From: Rozella allomycis CSF55
Lineage: Eukaryota
Reading direction: 5' to 3'
DNA length: 64,000 bases
Assembly (NCBI GenBank): GCA_000442015.1
Contig: KE561324.1
Span: 1-64,000, forward strand
The first letter of the stretch is position 1, and every line of letters starts with the position of its first letter. Below, piece after piece: positions 12,393-24,173 of the stretch. The translations under genes were made by a program, and so were the position numbers. The notes under the pieces are model-generated. The model worked only from the letters and a program-made list of their open reading frames with translations, did not search any database and had not been told where the DNA came from.

Positions 12393-14260
12393 TTATTTTA
12401 AATCAACCGTAGCCTCCCCATGTACCGACTTGACTTTGGCATATTTGAATTCTGGTCCAAAAATCACCTTGAAGTAATGCCTGTCAATTATCACGTCATC
12501 GCTTTTTGTGGGCTGGTCATTATCATAAAAGTCCAGAACGGCATAATATTTTAACGGGATCTTGGAATATTTACCAGATTGTTTGTCAAACCGCCTAAAG
12601 TAAATACTGCTATAAGCAACCATACTCTAAGTGTTTATTTAAACGCTCACCATTTCTTAGTAATTCAAATCCAAAATTTAAATTATTGTTAACGTATATA
12701 TCCAAGAAGCCTATGATGTTTTAAAAACTATGGATTTACCCGCATGGTACGCCTGCCCAACATTTATAACTATGGTGCGAGTAGGTTTCATTAATTGATA
12801 CAATGAAAACATAATCGCTGTTTGATATGCCGACTCAAGTTTTAAGCCATCTACACCAACCGAATGACTACCGAATAATTTTGTATTATTTAAGTTAGCA
12901 ATTATCGCCAGCACCAGTTCAGGAGAACCGCTCTCGAGTACAACATCTTTCGTAGGAGCCAAATACACACAACAATATTCGAAGCGGTAATAATCTTCAA
13001 TCAACTTGCATGACATTTGACCACCATCAGCGTTAACCTTGGCAACAACTCCTTGATAGCAGAGGTATGCAAAACCAGGATCATTAGATGGCAGCCATCT
13101 TTCATACAGAAGTTTCTCAAAGCTGGACTGTAACTGTTGGTGTGTTATGGCGGGGGTGTCATCCTTATCACATTTTGGCTGCAAATCGTGAATAGGTATA
13201 AAACAACGAAGACCCCGCAATGGCTTATTTAGTCGACCAGATATGATATTTCGGTATACATCATTTGCTGTTCTAATGCCGTCTTTGTAAAAATTGAGGC
13301 AAATTTCAAGCAATGATCGATGAAAAAGTCCAGGGTGTCCTTGAGTGATGTCATGAAGCAACGTAAACAATTCTACCGAGTATAGATTTGGATACATTTC
13401 CCTGAAAATTCCATACACTTGCCTTTCCTCCTCTTGGTCAAAGTGCAGAAACGTAATACCCAACTTAACTTGAAAACATATTGGTGCTTTGACAGTTCCC
13501 AAAACGCGTGGCGCGTCATATGCCGAAAAAGAAATTAGACCAACTCTGTGTCTACTATTTGGTGTAGCTTTTAGAGCCAGCCAAAATTTCTACATTGTCA
13601 GAATGGTTAGTTCACTTACCTCAATTCCAAACACGTTTTGAGTTTCATCGGTTAACAGGATACAAGTTGATCTAATAATGTGATCAAAATCGATGCCTTT
13701 GGATTTGAAAAATTCCTTGAGATCATGGAACTTATCTTTTTCATTTGTGGCACTGTTAACAAACTCATTAAAAGATATGGCATAGAACGGAAAATTCCGT
13801 CTTTTTAACTCATTATAAACTAGTTGGCATAAGGCCGTTTTCCCTGAAAATTTCGGTGCAGATATTAACACGGGTCCAGTTTGTTGAACTGTGCGAATGA
13901 GAAGATCAACTTTAGCAGAGCGATCAATACACCCTGTATCTGGCAATCCCTCAAATATGCTAGCATCAAATATTTCTTTAGGTTTTAATGATAAATTTGT
14001 GTTTTTGTTGACTATTTCACTTCCTGTGTCTGACACTACAGGTATTTGATGTAACTCATTTTACTTGGTTGCGGTTGTTCCAGAAGCAGTGTTATTACAT
14101 TAATCAAATTATTCTTCTCCACTCTTAACTTTTCATGATTCACATATTGTAGTTTATCACTCTCACTCCACTCCTTCAAAGGTTTTTTTAGTACTTTTTC
14201 AATTTCTTGAAGTTTGATTGTCATGTTTTTGATTTCGTTTGCGAATATTTGAACTTCCAT
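12393..14260 (-). CDS. Crinkler-like protein: N-terminal helical header, P-loop NTPase, PD-(D/E)xK-like nuclease
   Basis: Four GT-AG introns join four ORFs. Walker A SAPKFSGKT, Walker B ILLTDETQ, TQGHPG, ESAYQ; nuclease core GFLDIYVNNNLNFGFELL..HLERF..GKY..YAVLDF. Confidence 0.8.
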
Positions 14261-14309
14261 CAAAAAATTACCAGTTACCAGGGTACGTGTCATGGAAACC
14301 TTAAAAAAG

Positions 14310-14425
14310 TAAGAAATCAAAAAAAATTATGTTTCCTTCATTATGGCGAAAGATTATTTTGCGATAACAGGTACATCAGCTTCTTCTGAACGTTTGTTTT
14401 CATCTGGCCGTCAGCTTATCACGAT
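14310..14425 (+). mobile_element. hAT transposase C-terminal dimerisation-domain remnant
   Basis: From 14343 the frame reads MAKDYFAITGTSASSERLFSSGRQLIT, matching the hAT dimerisation motif ARDYLAIPATS.SSER.FS. It is frameshifted upstream and the rest of the element is absent. Confidence 0.8.
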
Positions 14426-14798
14426 AGTAATACAGGAAAATCAAAAAACCGAGTTTTATCAGTGTGCAACTGGAAACATCTAAATTTTATTGTCAATTAA
14501 ATTATATTTATGTCAGTTACATATCATTAACGATTAGACTTCATTTGTTGTCGCAATATACAATTTGAACAATGTAGCCTGTAGGCTTCCAGAATTCAAA
14601 TTAGTCGCGGTATAAAATTTGGAGGGAAAACGAATATCTAGATCTAGAGAAAACGAATAGATCTTTTCTTATTGAGAATTTGAGAGCCATCGCATTTTTT
14701 TCGATTCGAATGTCCAATTGTAAGCATAAGTTGAATTGGCGGGAATTTGAATTTAAAAGATAAAAATTAAAAAATGTTAGCAATATTTTATAATACAT

Positions 14799-15511
14799 TT
14801 ATTTCTTTTTTGACCCAAATGACGCAAAATCAAATCCCATGTCTTTCATTTCAGCTGGTATTTCAGCATTATCGCTTTCTTCTTCTCTTTGTCTTTTCTT
14901 CTTTTCTTTCTTTTCCTCTTTTCTTTTTGCTTTCTCTGCTTCCAGTTTATTAATTTCTTCTTCAAAATCTCAAATATATTTTGATTTAAGTACTTACTGT
15001 ATTCTGTTGAATTTTGTCCTTTTTCTTTAAGTTTTAAAAATCTTCCTTGCACTTCTTCTAAAGTTGATCTTTGAACTCTAAGCGAGAAGCCGCAAAGTTT
15101 TTGATGTCGCCTACCGTTTATATGATCTAGATAAGCTTCCGAACTCTTCAAGATTACATCACACACTTTGCAATAAAAACCAGGTTGATCTGACAGAGGA
15201 CCAGAGACATTAACAACCTTTGTTTTGTTTAAATTATCAGCAAGGCCAAGATCGTCTTCTCTACTCTGCAAATACGCTCTTGTAGGTTCCAGTAAATGTT
15301 TCTTTAATAGTCTGGTTTCTATTTATTTTTTAAACAGGTGAATACCTTGCTTTTCTGCTTTGGCTTCGGCATTAGCCTTTAGTTTAGAAATGACAGGAAG
15401 ACCTTTACTTTCTCGACTATTTTTTTCTTCAAGTGCTTTTTTCCATTTATTTTTTAAATCTATCTGAAAACTAGTTTTGTATTTGGTTACTGCAGGTGGT
15501 TCATCAGACAT
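14799..15511 (-). CDS. SNU23: U4/U6.U5 tri-snRNP zinc-finger protein Snu23/ZMAT2
   Basis: GFYCKVCDVILKSSEAYLDHINGRRHQ, RSTLEEV, C-terminal MGFDFASFGSKKK. Confidence 0.9.
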
Positions 15512-15665
15512 TTTTCAAAATTTTCCAAACTTGTCGACAAACTTAATTTTTGAATCCAACGATCAACGAGATTTTCACTATTATTTTCTGTTAATGTAAT
15601 CCAACAAATATAAGCGTTTCATTGATAGCCGTGATTTATTTTGGAAATTTGAATATTTTCTATAA

Positions 15666-16048
15666 ATGGTAAAAAAGATGAATTTTAACGAGAAAGGCTT
15701 CTGCTTTGATCGTCGGGGCTGTTGTTACTGTTGGAGCAATAGGATTAAGGGCTGGAATTAATGCTTACAGGAATGCATCTATGAGAGCCATGATGACAGG
15801 AACAAGTATGTTTATGCACTATCCAGCTGGTGGGTTTGAAGCAAAAATGAGTAGGAGCGAGGCAGCTAAAATATTGAGTACACAGTAGGAATATATCAAG
15901 TCGAAAATGTAGTGAACATGCGCCTCTTGCTAAAATAAAGGAATCACATCGCCGAATAATGATGTTGAATCATCCGGATCGAGGAGGTAGTCCGTATTTA
16001 GCTTCAAAGATTAACGAAGCGAGGGATATGCTGGAACGAAAGCGATAA
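15666..16048 (+). CDS. PAM18: Mitochondrial import J-protein Pam18/Tim14
   Basis: [41 protein letters not shown]; two 28-nt introns. Confidence 0.95.
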
Positions 16049-16091
16049 AGAATCGACTAATTTTAAGTTTAAATGTTATAAATAAATTCAT

Positions 16092-16220
16092 TATAATTTG
16101 AACATTAATTCATAACATTATGATTTGAATATTAATGGTAATATGATTTGAGCATTATTAGTATTACGATTAGAATTAATGAATTATAACTTGCATATTA
16201 TAAGTTGAATATTAATGACT
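16092..16220. repeat. Degenerate AT-rich short repeats (ATRA(T/C/G)TTGAATATTAAT-like, about 5 copies)
   Basis: ataatttgaacattaat, atgatttgaatattaat, atgatttgagcattatt, ataacttgcatattat, ataagttgaatattaat lie between two convergent 3' ends. Confidence 0.5.
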
Positions 16221-16237
16221 TTAATGAATAGTTTATT

Positions 16238-18724
16238 CTAGTCTTCGTTTCCGATGGATCCATAAATCTTTTTGATCTTCTTTTGGTATTCCAGGTCTTT
16301 TTCTCTCCGTTTATCGTGTTTAACTTTGGAAAGAAATCTGCTATCTTTTCGAAGTTCTCTAACAGCGCCTTTGAATTCTTTCTTGTATTGGCGTTTCAGT
16401 TTAGCGTCTTCACATTGTTTCTTGTGGTCTAGATTATAGCTAGGATTACTATTGATAGCGATGAGTACCTTTTATTGTAAAGAGGATCATACATTGCAAT
16501 AGCTACAGGTTTAAACTGTTGTAAAGTGAGGTTCTTTCTAGAAGTGTTTAAGATTGAATCAGAAAGAGATAAAAGTTGATCACAAATATTCTAAATGAAG
16601 ATGAATTAAGTTTGATACTTGAAGGGGTTGGAATTGTTTGACATTGGCAACTAGAGAATGTACAGGAATAACAATGTCAGCAGCTGAATCGTATTCTTTG
16701 ATGTTTTCCATTGCAATTTTTATTAATTCTAAAGTTTTGTTTAGAATAGCTAAAGGAGAAGGTTTGACATTTGCTTTTGGCATTAAAGATTCAAAAGTTA
16801 AATCTAGAGAATCGTTTGAAGAACAAGAAGAAAGAAATTCCTTCAAACAAGGGATTTCTCTCTTAAGAAAACAATTTTTTTGATCAAAAGAAGAAAAATG
16901 GGAAAGAATGTTGAAAAGAAAATTAAATAATTCAGGAATAAACTTTTTAGATTGTTTTGTATAGATTAATAAAATTTCACAAATGAAAAGTCCAGCAACG
17001 ACGTCTTTTAATTTTCTTACTGAAGCCATTTCAAGAAAGCAACACATTAAAAGAGAAGAAGGCGTTGTTATGGGATTTCTAAAATCACTTGAACTAAAAA
17101 TTAATCCAAATATTTTCAAAACAAGAATCATTGAAGCTGTGGGCATTTTGAGCGAACCAGACGAAATGTCTCTCTTCAGTTTGATCAAGAACGATTCCAA
17201 CAAAGTCATGCTACAACGACTAACGACATCTGGGAATTGATGAGACAATTGAGACAAATGAGAAAATATTCCATTAAATACATCTCTAGGGAATGAATCC
17301 AAACTAATACACAAATATTGTAAATGTTCAAACATAATTCCAATTAATTTTTGCAATTGATTCTTATTATTTGGATGGAGTGAAACGTGATAACATTTTC
17401 TTAATCTTTCAATTGCAACCACGTGATCTTGAAGGCTTAGACCCTGTACTATTTTTAGAAATTCATCATGTGAATTTGGCATTGAAAGAACAAATGGAAG
17501 AGTTTTATTAATTTCAATTTCTTCATTTTCATATTCATCAGAATTCTCACTCTCATTATCAGAAATCTCTTCTAATCTATCATCTTGTTCCAAATCACTT
17601 CCATCTTCACTTTCACCATCTTCACTCTCATCTTCTTCACTCTCTCCATCTTCACTATCACCTTCATCATTCTCATCGTCACTAATTCCATCATATTCAC
17701 CATTATTCTCAAATTCCAAGTTAGTGTCCAATTCATCGCCTTCCAATTTTCTCTTCTTCACGTCCTCTTCATCGCTATCTTCCCCAAGCATTCGCTTCTT
17801 TCTCTTGCTTTCCATTTCCTTCAGTTTTTCATATTCCTCTTTTGCTATTTCTTCTTCTGTTTTCAATCTATCTGTTGGTTTAGCTCGCTTTTCAAATGCC
17901 AAGGACTTTACAAGTGAATCATAATTCGAATTTTGATTCAATTCCCTTGTCACTTCCTTATCTTGCTCCTGCAATAACAATTTATGAATATCGTCAAATT
18001 CTTCATCTAAATTTTCTCTAATATCTTCATTCTCGTCATTCATTTTTTGTCTCTCATATTTATACATTTTACTCTTCGCTATCAATTCTTTCATAATCTC
18101 ATTCTTCGATTTTGGTCTGCCCTCGTCTTCTTCTTGTTCAAAGCCACCAAAATTAAACTTTTCTACTAAATCTCTATCCAGCTGATCCGGCTCATTGTCT
18201 GAATCATTCAACGCTATTTCATCATCTTCAAAATCATCAAATTTAGATAACGATTGTCCCAAATGGGTCAATTCAACTTCCTCTCCTTGGTTCAAATTAT
18301 ACAAAGAACTGTTCCTGGTTCTTTTCTATGTCATCACTTTTAAATTACATTACTTGCTGTTCTTTGGAATATCTCTCCAACAACTTTTCTTCTACAGTCA
18401 TATTTTCATCATTTTCTCCAAATCTCTTATCAACAAACACAGACACCTTGTTCTGATTCTCCAACTCGGGCAACAACTTTTCTTCTCTCTATAGTCTCAC
18501 TAACAGAAATATTTTACAATTTTTGTTGCTTTTTTCTTGGCTAAAAGTGGCTTTCCAACCTGTCCTTTGATTTTTCTATTCAAAACATCGTGCTTGGTTT
18601 TAGTCATCTTCAAATCAAAAGGATTCACCGTAGGCTGAAGATCTTGCTTTTTTCCTTTTTTATAGCCAATGAAACCTGCACTCTTTAGTTTATTCTTAAT
18701 CTTTTTTAATGCAGATTCTTTCAT
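16238..18724 (-). CDS. NOP14: Nucleolar protein Nop14
   Basis: NPFDLKMTKTKHDVL, FVDKRFGEND, ELTHLGQSL, RPKSKNEIMKELIAKSK, RAKPTDRLKTEEE, KKEFKGAVRELRKDSRF; 4 introns. Confidence 0.95.
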
Positions 18725-19251
18725 TTAACCAGGGTTTAGTGGCTTAGTCGTCGCCGACGAGGTAACTTCAACAAGAAATAGTGTTTATTCATTATTATCT
18801 CTAATCTCTATTTAAATTTTACTCGAATTCTCTCCTCTTCCGAAATGACTCAAAAATTTGATGTCCATGAAAGAGAAGACGTGCAGTCTGCAGAAGCATT
18901 TTACAATTAAAATAACATTGTAGAAACATTGTGTATGCCTTTAGTGAAGTGTTTGGAGAAGGGACTGTGAGTTCTCCAATCACTCTACAAAAGAAGTGGC
19001 ATCTTCTTGATGCGTGTGTGTAAAATTGTGAAGTTCAATTATTCTCAGAATCTCAAATAAGAGCCCTTTTCTTCCAACGGGCTGTTAAGAGGCCACTTTT
19101 TTAAAGGACGCGATTTATTATCCGCGTGAAGGGCGAATTGACAGATTGTGTATTTTAAACTGTTTCCTGTGGGGCGCCAGCGTTTCTAGATAAGTTCTTG
19201 TCAAAATGTCTCCAGTGTAAGCAACGTTTAAAAAAGCAAGAATATTTATGT

Positions 19252-20874
19252 TTATTGGTAATTTGCTCCATATTCTCTAATAACAACTGGCACAGATGTG
19301 CATGGAATTTGTCCAACTTCCGATATGACCTATACAATTTTAAAAAGTAGATTACCAGTGAAATGTATCTAGAAGGAGAAACATCATACATTATATTTAG
19401 TAGCTTTAATGATGCTATGTCTCTCCAATCAGCCAAAATAGCTTGATCGCCTTTTCCAATATCGATTAAACTATCTGGATCCCCTACTTCGTTAAAGACA
19501 ATCGAATCTAATTGCACTCGTTCAGAAAATTTATAAGTCTCACAAAAAGCGATCACAGGCAAATTGTACTCGTATCCCATCATTGCTATCAATGAACTAC
19601 CAACACGAGACATCACCGCGCCATTAGAAAATAAACAATGTGATCCCATAAATATCTTTGACGCCTGGATTATAGTGACAGAATTCTATTACTTGGCTGA
19701 TTATTGATCCAACAGATTCCAACAATAAGTAGGTACAATCTATACCACTCTCGTTCAACACTTGTAACGACTTTTTGCCTTCAAATAACGGTCTGCTGTC
19801 AACTACAAACACGTGAAACTTTTTTCCTTGCTGGTGAGCTTTAATCAATGTCCTCAAAACTACTGATGACCTATTTATGAAATTTCAGTAATGGCAAATA
19901 CTTGGCATAGATGATAATGCTATCGTTATCATGTATCTTGGTTATTCCATAATCGACAATCAATTCATCAGCTAAAACAATTCTGTCGCGGATGAAGTTG
20001 TCGATTGAACTACAAACCATTTCTTTCGCGTCCACTTCTGGAATGTCTACAGGGACATCTGCTATGGCCTTTTTCAAAAACCTAATCGCATTTGCCATAC
20101 TTACAGCAAGCGGACGAATTTGTACAAGATAATTTATCATTGGTTTCAAGTATAAATCCAAGTGACGACTAAACAATTCATTTGGTGGGGTGTGGTAATC
20201 TTCAATAACCTTAATAAATGACTAAAAGGGTTTTACTTGTTTGAATGCATTTAACATTGCTATACATCTTGAATTCGCACCTACTATTCTCATTTCTGCA
20301 AAAAGTAATCCCAATTGAATAACAATGGGATGAATTGCATCTTTTTGTTTTATATTAAGAGTAAACGAATTTTCCTTTTCATATTGTGGTAAATGTGAAA
20401 AGAGCGTAACAAGCTTCTGTGTAGGGGTTCTATGTACCTGTTGATTCTTTTGTGTTTTTGACCTCTTCTTTTGATCGTCATATAATATTGATTGTGGCAC
20501 TTGAAGTCTTTGGGCGTTTAATACAGGCGATATAGCACTACTTGGAAGTTCATTCGTCGTGTTAACACTGATTCCCTTGTCTTTGCTTTTCTTTCTCATC
20601 GCTTTTCTCTCTGCTTTGGACATTCTTGGAGTCATGCTTTGATCAACAGAACTTGCAATTTCAATAGAATTAGTGGTATTGGACCTATAATTTTCAAAAT
20701 TAAAAAGATACCTCTGCCTTTGAATTACTATTGGTTGGGCTTTTTGGGGTTCCGCAAAGCCAGAAGTTTCTAAAGACCGTGACAAATTCTATTAGAAAAA
20801 AGAAAATTATTTACAAATCCAACAGTAGTTTTTCTAGGAGTGCCTTCTATTCTAATACTTTTTTCTTCAGACAT
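19252..20874 (-). CDS. GCD2: Translation initiation factor eIF2B delta subunit
   Basis: LFSHLPQY, IVGANSRCIAML, RPLAVSMANAI, VDSRPLFEG, SNGAVMSRVGS, CETYKFSERVQLDS; about 6 introns. Confidence 0.93.
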
Positions 20875-20912
20875 ATGGTGGCTAGGGTTGCAATGGACTA
20901 GCGGATCCTTTC

Positions 20913-21005
20913 AATTGTCATGATGAACCAGTGAACCACTAAAGTATATGATATATCTTATTATGCCAACATCTATGTAATCAATCGAACTTTGGCTGAA
21001 TAATT
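20913..21005 (+). ncRNA. Box C/D snoRNA candidate
   Basis: C box ATGATGA at 20920-20926, D box CTGA at 20996-20999, 6-bp terminal stem aattgt/ataatt, internal D'-like ATGA; about 93 nt, intergenic. Confidence 0.6.
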
Positions 21006-21124
21006 TTTATTGCAAGTGAATGACTATGAATGAATAAATAACAAATTCAAAGAATAATAATTTCTTAATTCTTTTCTTTTCTTTTCTTATAATTAAAATC
21101 TCATAAAGAAATATCAGCCACTAA

Positions 21125-22787
21125 ATGAAGTCATTTACATTGGAAGAAGTTTCCAAACATAAAAGTGCAAATGACATTTGGATTGCAATTAATGGAAATG
21201 TTTATGATGTTACCAATTGGCTTATAGATCATCCTGGAGGAAGAGCTATTTTATTGAAACATGGAGGAACTGATGCATCAGAGCAATTTGCAAAGTTTCA
21301 TAATCCAAATATACTAAATTCAATAGGATCAAAGTTTCTCATTGGGAAATTGGGACTTCCACAGGCTATTGACAAAGAAGTAAAACCAAAGGAAGCGTTG
21401 AGCTTTGGTGATGGCGTCGCATTTGGCGACCCCCAATGGTAATGAAAAAGACGGTTTACAAATAGGTATCAAGGAGTGAAAAGCCCATATTATGATGAAA
21501 GCCATTATAGATTGAGAAATTGTATTAGAGAATTTGTTGACAAAGAAATCATGCCATTTGCTCATGAATGGAACGAACAGGGTTATTTACCAAAAGATAT
21601 TTATTTGAAATTCGGAAAGGCAGGTTATTTAGCTTGTATTTCCCCAATACCTGAAAAATATTTAAAGTACCCCATGCCATGTGGATTAACGTTAAAAACA
21701 TTTGATCCATTTCACGAATTAGTGTTGGCGGATGAGCTATGCAGATGTGGATCTGGTGGTGTAGTTTGGGGGTTGATTGGAGGTAAAATTGTTAATTAAT
21801 CAAAACATGGTAATTTTATAGGACTTCCACCAATATTGCATTTTGGGTCAGAAGAATTAAAACAAAAAGTTATTCCAGAATGCGTTTCTGGAGAAAAGAT
21901 TTGCTGCCTTTGCATCACTGAGCCTTACGCGGGGAGTGACGTTGCAAATATTAAGACTACAGCAACGTTAACTCCAGATGGAGAGCATTTTATTGTCAAT
22001 GGCGAAAAGAAATGGATTACGAACGGAATGTTTGCTGACGTAATTATTTTGGCTGATGGATTTAGTTTTTCACTGTTGCTGTTCGAACTGGGGGTGAAGG
22101 CGCCGGTGGGATTTCTCTTTTATTGCTTGAACGCTCAATGCCTGGATTAACAACGAGAAAAATCAACACGAGTGGCCAATGGTGTTCTGGCACTGCCTAC
22201 ATTACATTTGAAAATGTTAAAGTTCCAAAATCAAATATTATTGGGCAAATCAATCAAGGGTTTAAAGTAAAGCATATATTTATCATTAAAAGGTTATAAT
22301 GTACAACTTTAATCATGAGAGAGTTGGAATGGCGATTCAATGTGTTCGATTCTCTCGTGTGTGTTATGAAGAAGCGTTCAAGTATTCTCTAAAAAGAAAG
22401 ACGTTTGGGAAACTTTTAATTCAACACCCAGTCATTCGTCAAAAATTAGCAAACATGATAAGGCAAATTGAGTCATTGGCTGTTTGGACTGAATCCATTG
22501 TGTATCAAACTAAAACTTTATCAAAGAAAGAACAGAATCTTCTACTTGGAGGTCCCACGGCTTTATTAAAAGCTCATTCTTCATTTGTGTTTGAATATTG
22601 CGCTAGGGAAGCAGCCCAAATATTTGGTGGGTTAGCATTCACCCGTGGTGGTCAAGCAGAAAAAGTTGAAAGATTGTACCGTGATGTTAGGGCTTATGCA
22701 ATTCCAGGTGGCTCTGAAGAAATTATGTTGGATTTGGGAGCAAAGCAAGCTATTAAAATGTCTCAATTGAATGGTGCAAAACTTTAA
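21125..22787 (+). CDS. Cytochrome b5 - acyl-CoA dehydrogenase fusion
   Basis: b5 motif NVYDVTNWLIDHPGG; ACAD motifs CITEPYAGSDVA, NGEKKWITNG, FNHER, AIPGGSEEIM; 4 introns. Confidence 0.92.
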
Positions 22788-22858
22788 TAAATCTTAAAAA
22801 TAACTTGATTGTTTTCATTATTACAATAAACGCATTCTTGAAATTTCGTAATTTGACA

Positions 22859-24157
22859 ATGGTCGAGGAAGCAAACACTTTAAACAAAATTCCTAATCTC
22901 AAACTAGCTCAACTAAAGTTTTTATACATACATCAAGGGCATAATCCAGCCATTAAAGAACAGATTATGACCTTGGTAAAGGACAATTTTATGGCCCCTT
23001 ATTATTCCCATATCTGTACTGAATTAAAATGGCCCGTTGATGCTGCCCTTTTAAATCAATTATCGGCCAAAAATGAAACCGATTTGAAAAATTGCGAAGA
23101 AAAGAAAATTGATGCGGAAAAGAACTTGGGTGACACTGAGGTTTTGGATGCAATGATTTTGAAGGCTGACTACCTTTGTCAAATTGGTGATAAAGTACCT
23201 GTTAATAAATTTTAATTATATAGGATGGAGCTATTGCTGCCTATGCAGCCGTTGCTGAAAAGACAGGGTCTCTTGGAACAAAGTTAGATGTCGCTTTCAG
23301 TCAAATAAGATTAGGGTTTCTATACTCTGATGCTGAATTGATCAACAAGAATATTGAGAAAGCTAAATCGTACATCCGCATCTAATTTTCAAATAGATTA
23401 CTTGAGAGTGGAGGGGATTGGGATCGCAAAAACAGACTCAAAGTATATGAAGGACTTTACGCCATGTCTACTAGAGACTTTCACACTGCTGCAGACAAGT
23501 TTTTGGATGCTTTGGCAACCTTTACGTGCACCGAACTACTTGAATACAAGGAATTCATAAAATACACAATAATCTGTGCATTGATTGCTGTGGACCGTAT
23601 CGGAATTCGCAAAAAAGTAAAATTTTCATAATTTATTAAAGTTTAGCTCATTAATGCACCGGAAGTGTTGGAGGTAATTCACGAAATTTCTCCATTGGAT
23701 TCCTACATGAATTCCTTGTATAACTGCCAATACAAAGAATTTTTTATTGCTTTGGCCAAATTAGAGACCCTTTTAAAATCTGATCGTTATCTTTATCCTC
23801 ATTATAAATATATCGTAAAGGAAATGAAGATAAAGGCGTATTCCCAGCTTTTGGAATCATACAAGAGTTTATCATTGAAGTCAATGGCAGACGCATTTGG
23901 GGTCACATTAGATTTCATTGACCGGTAAAGAAACGCATTTTCAAGTTTATCTTAGTGAACTTTGTAGATTTATTGCAGCGGGAAGGCTTAACTGTGTAAT
24001 TGACAAAGTCAGCTTGATTGTTGAGACAAATAGACCTGATCATAAAAATGCTCAATATCAAATAATGATCAAACATGGAGATGTGTTGTTGAATAGAGTA
24101 CAAAAGGTATGAATTTGATTAACATGATAAAAGTTATCGAGAGTTACTCAACTTTAA
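22859..24157 (+). CDS. RPN7: 26S proteasome lid subunit Rpn7
   Basis: [56 protein letters not shown]; 5 introns. Confidence 0.95.
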
Positions 24158-24173
24158 ATAAAATACTTTTCTT

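Noticed and set aside
16092-16220. CRISPR-like array
   Set aside because: The units are degenerate, the spacers are only a few nt, the context is eukaryotic and there are no cas genes.
17570-17700. Repeated tcttcactctca-type units
   Set aside because: These are codons of the acidic E/D/S tract of Nop14, not an independent repeat or array.
18731-18739. CTAAACCCT on the minus strand, resembling a plant-type telomerase template
   Set aside because: It lies 6 nt upstream of the NOP14 ATG and matches the ACCC start-proximal motif seen at many genes.
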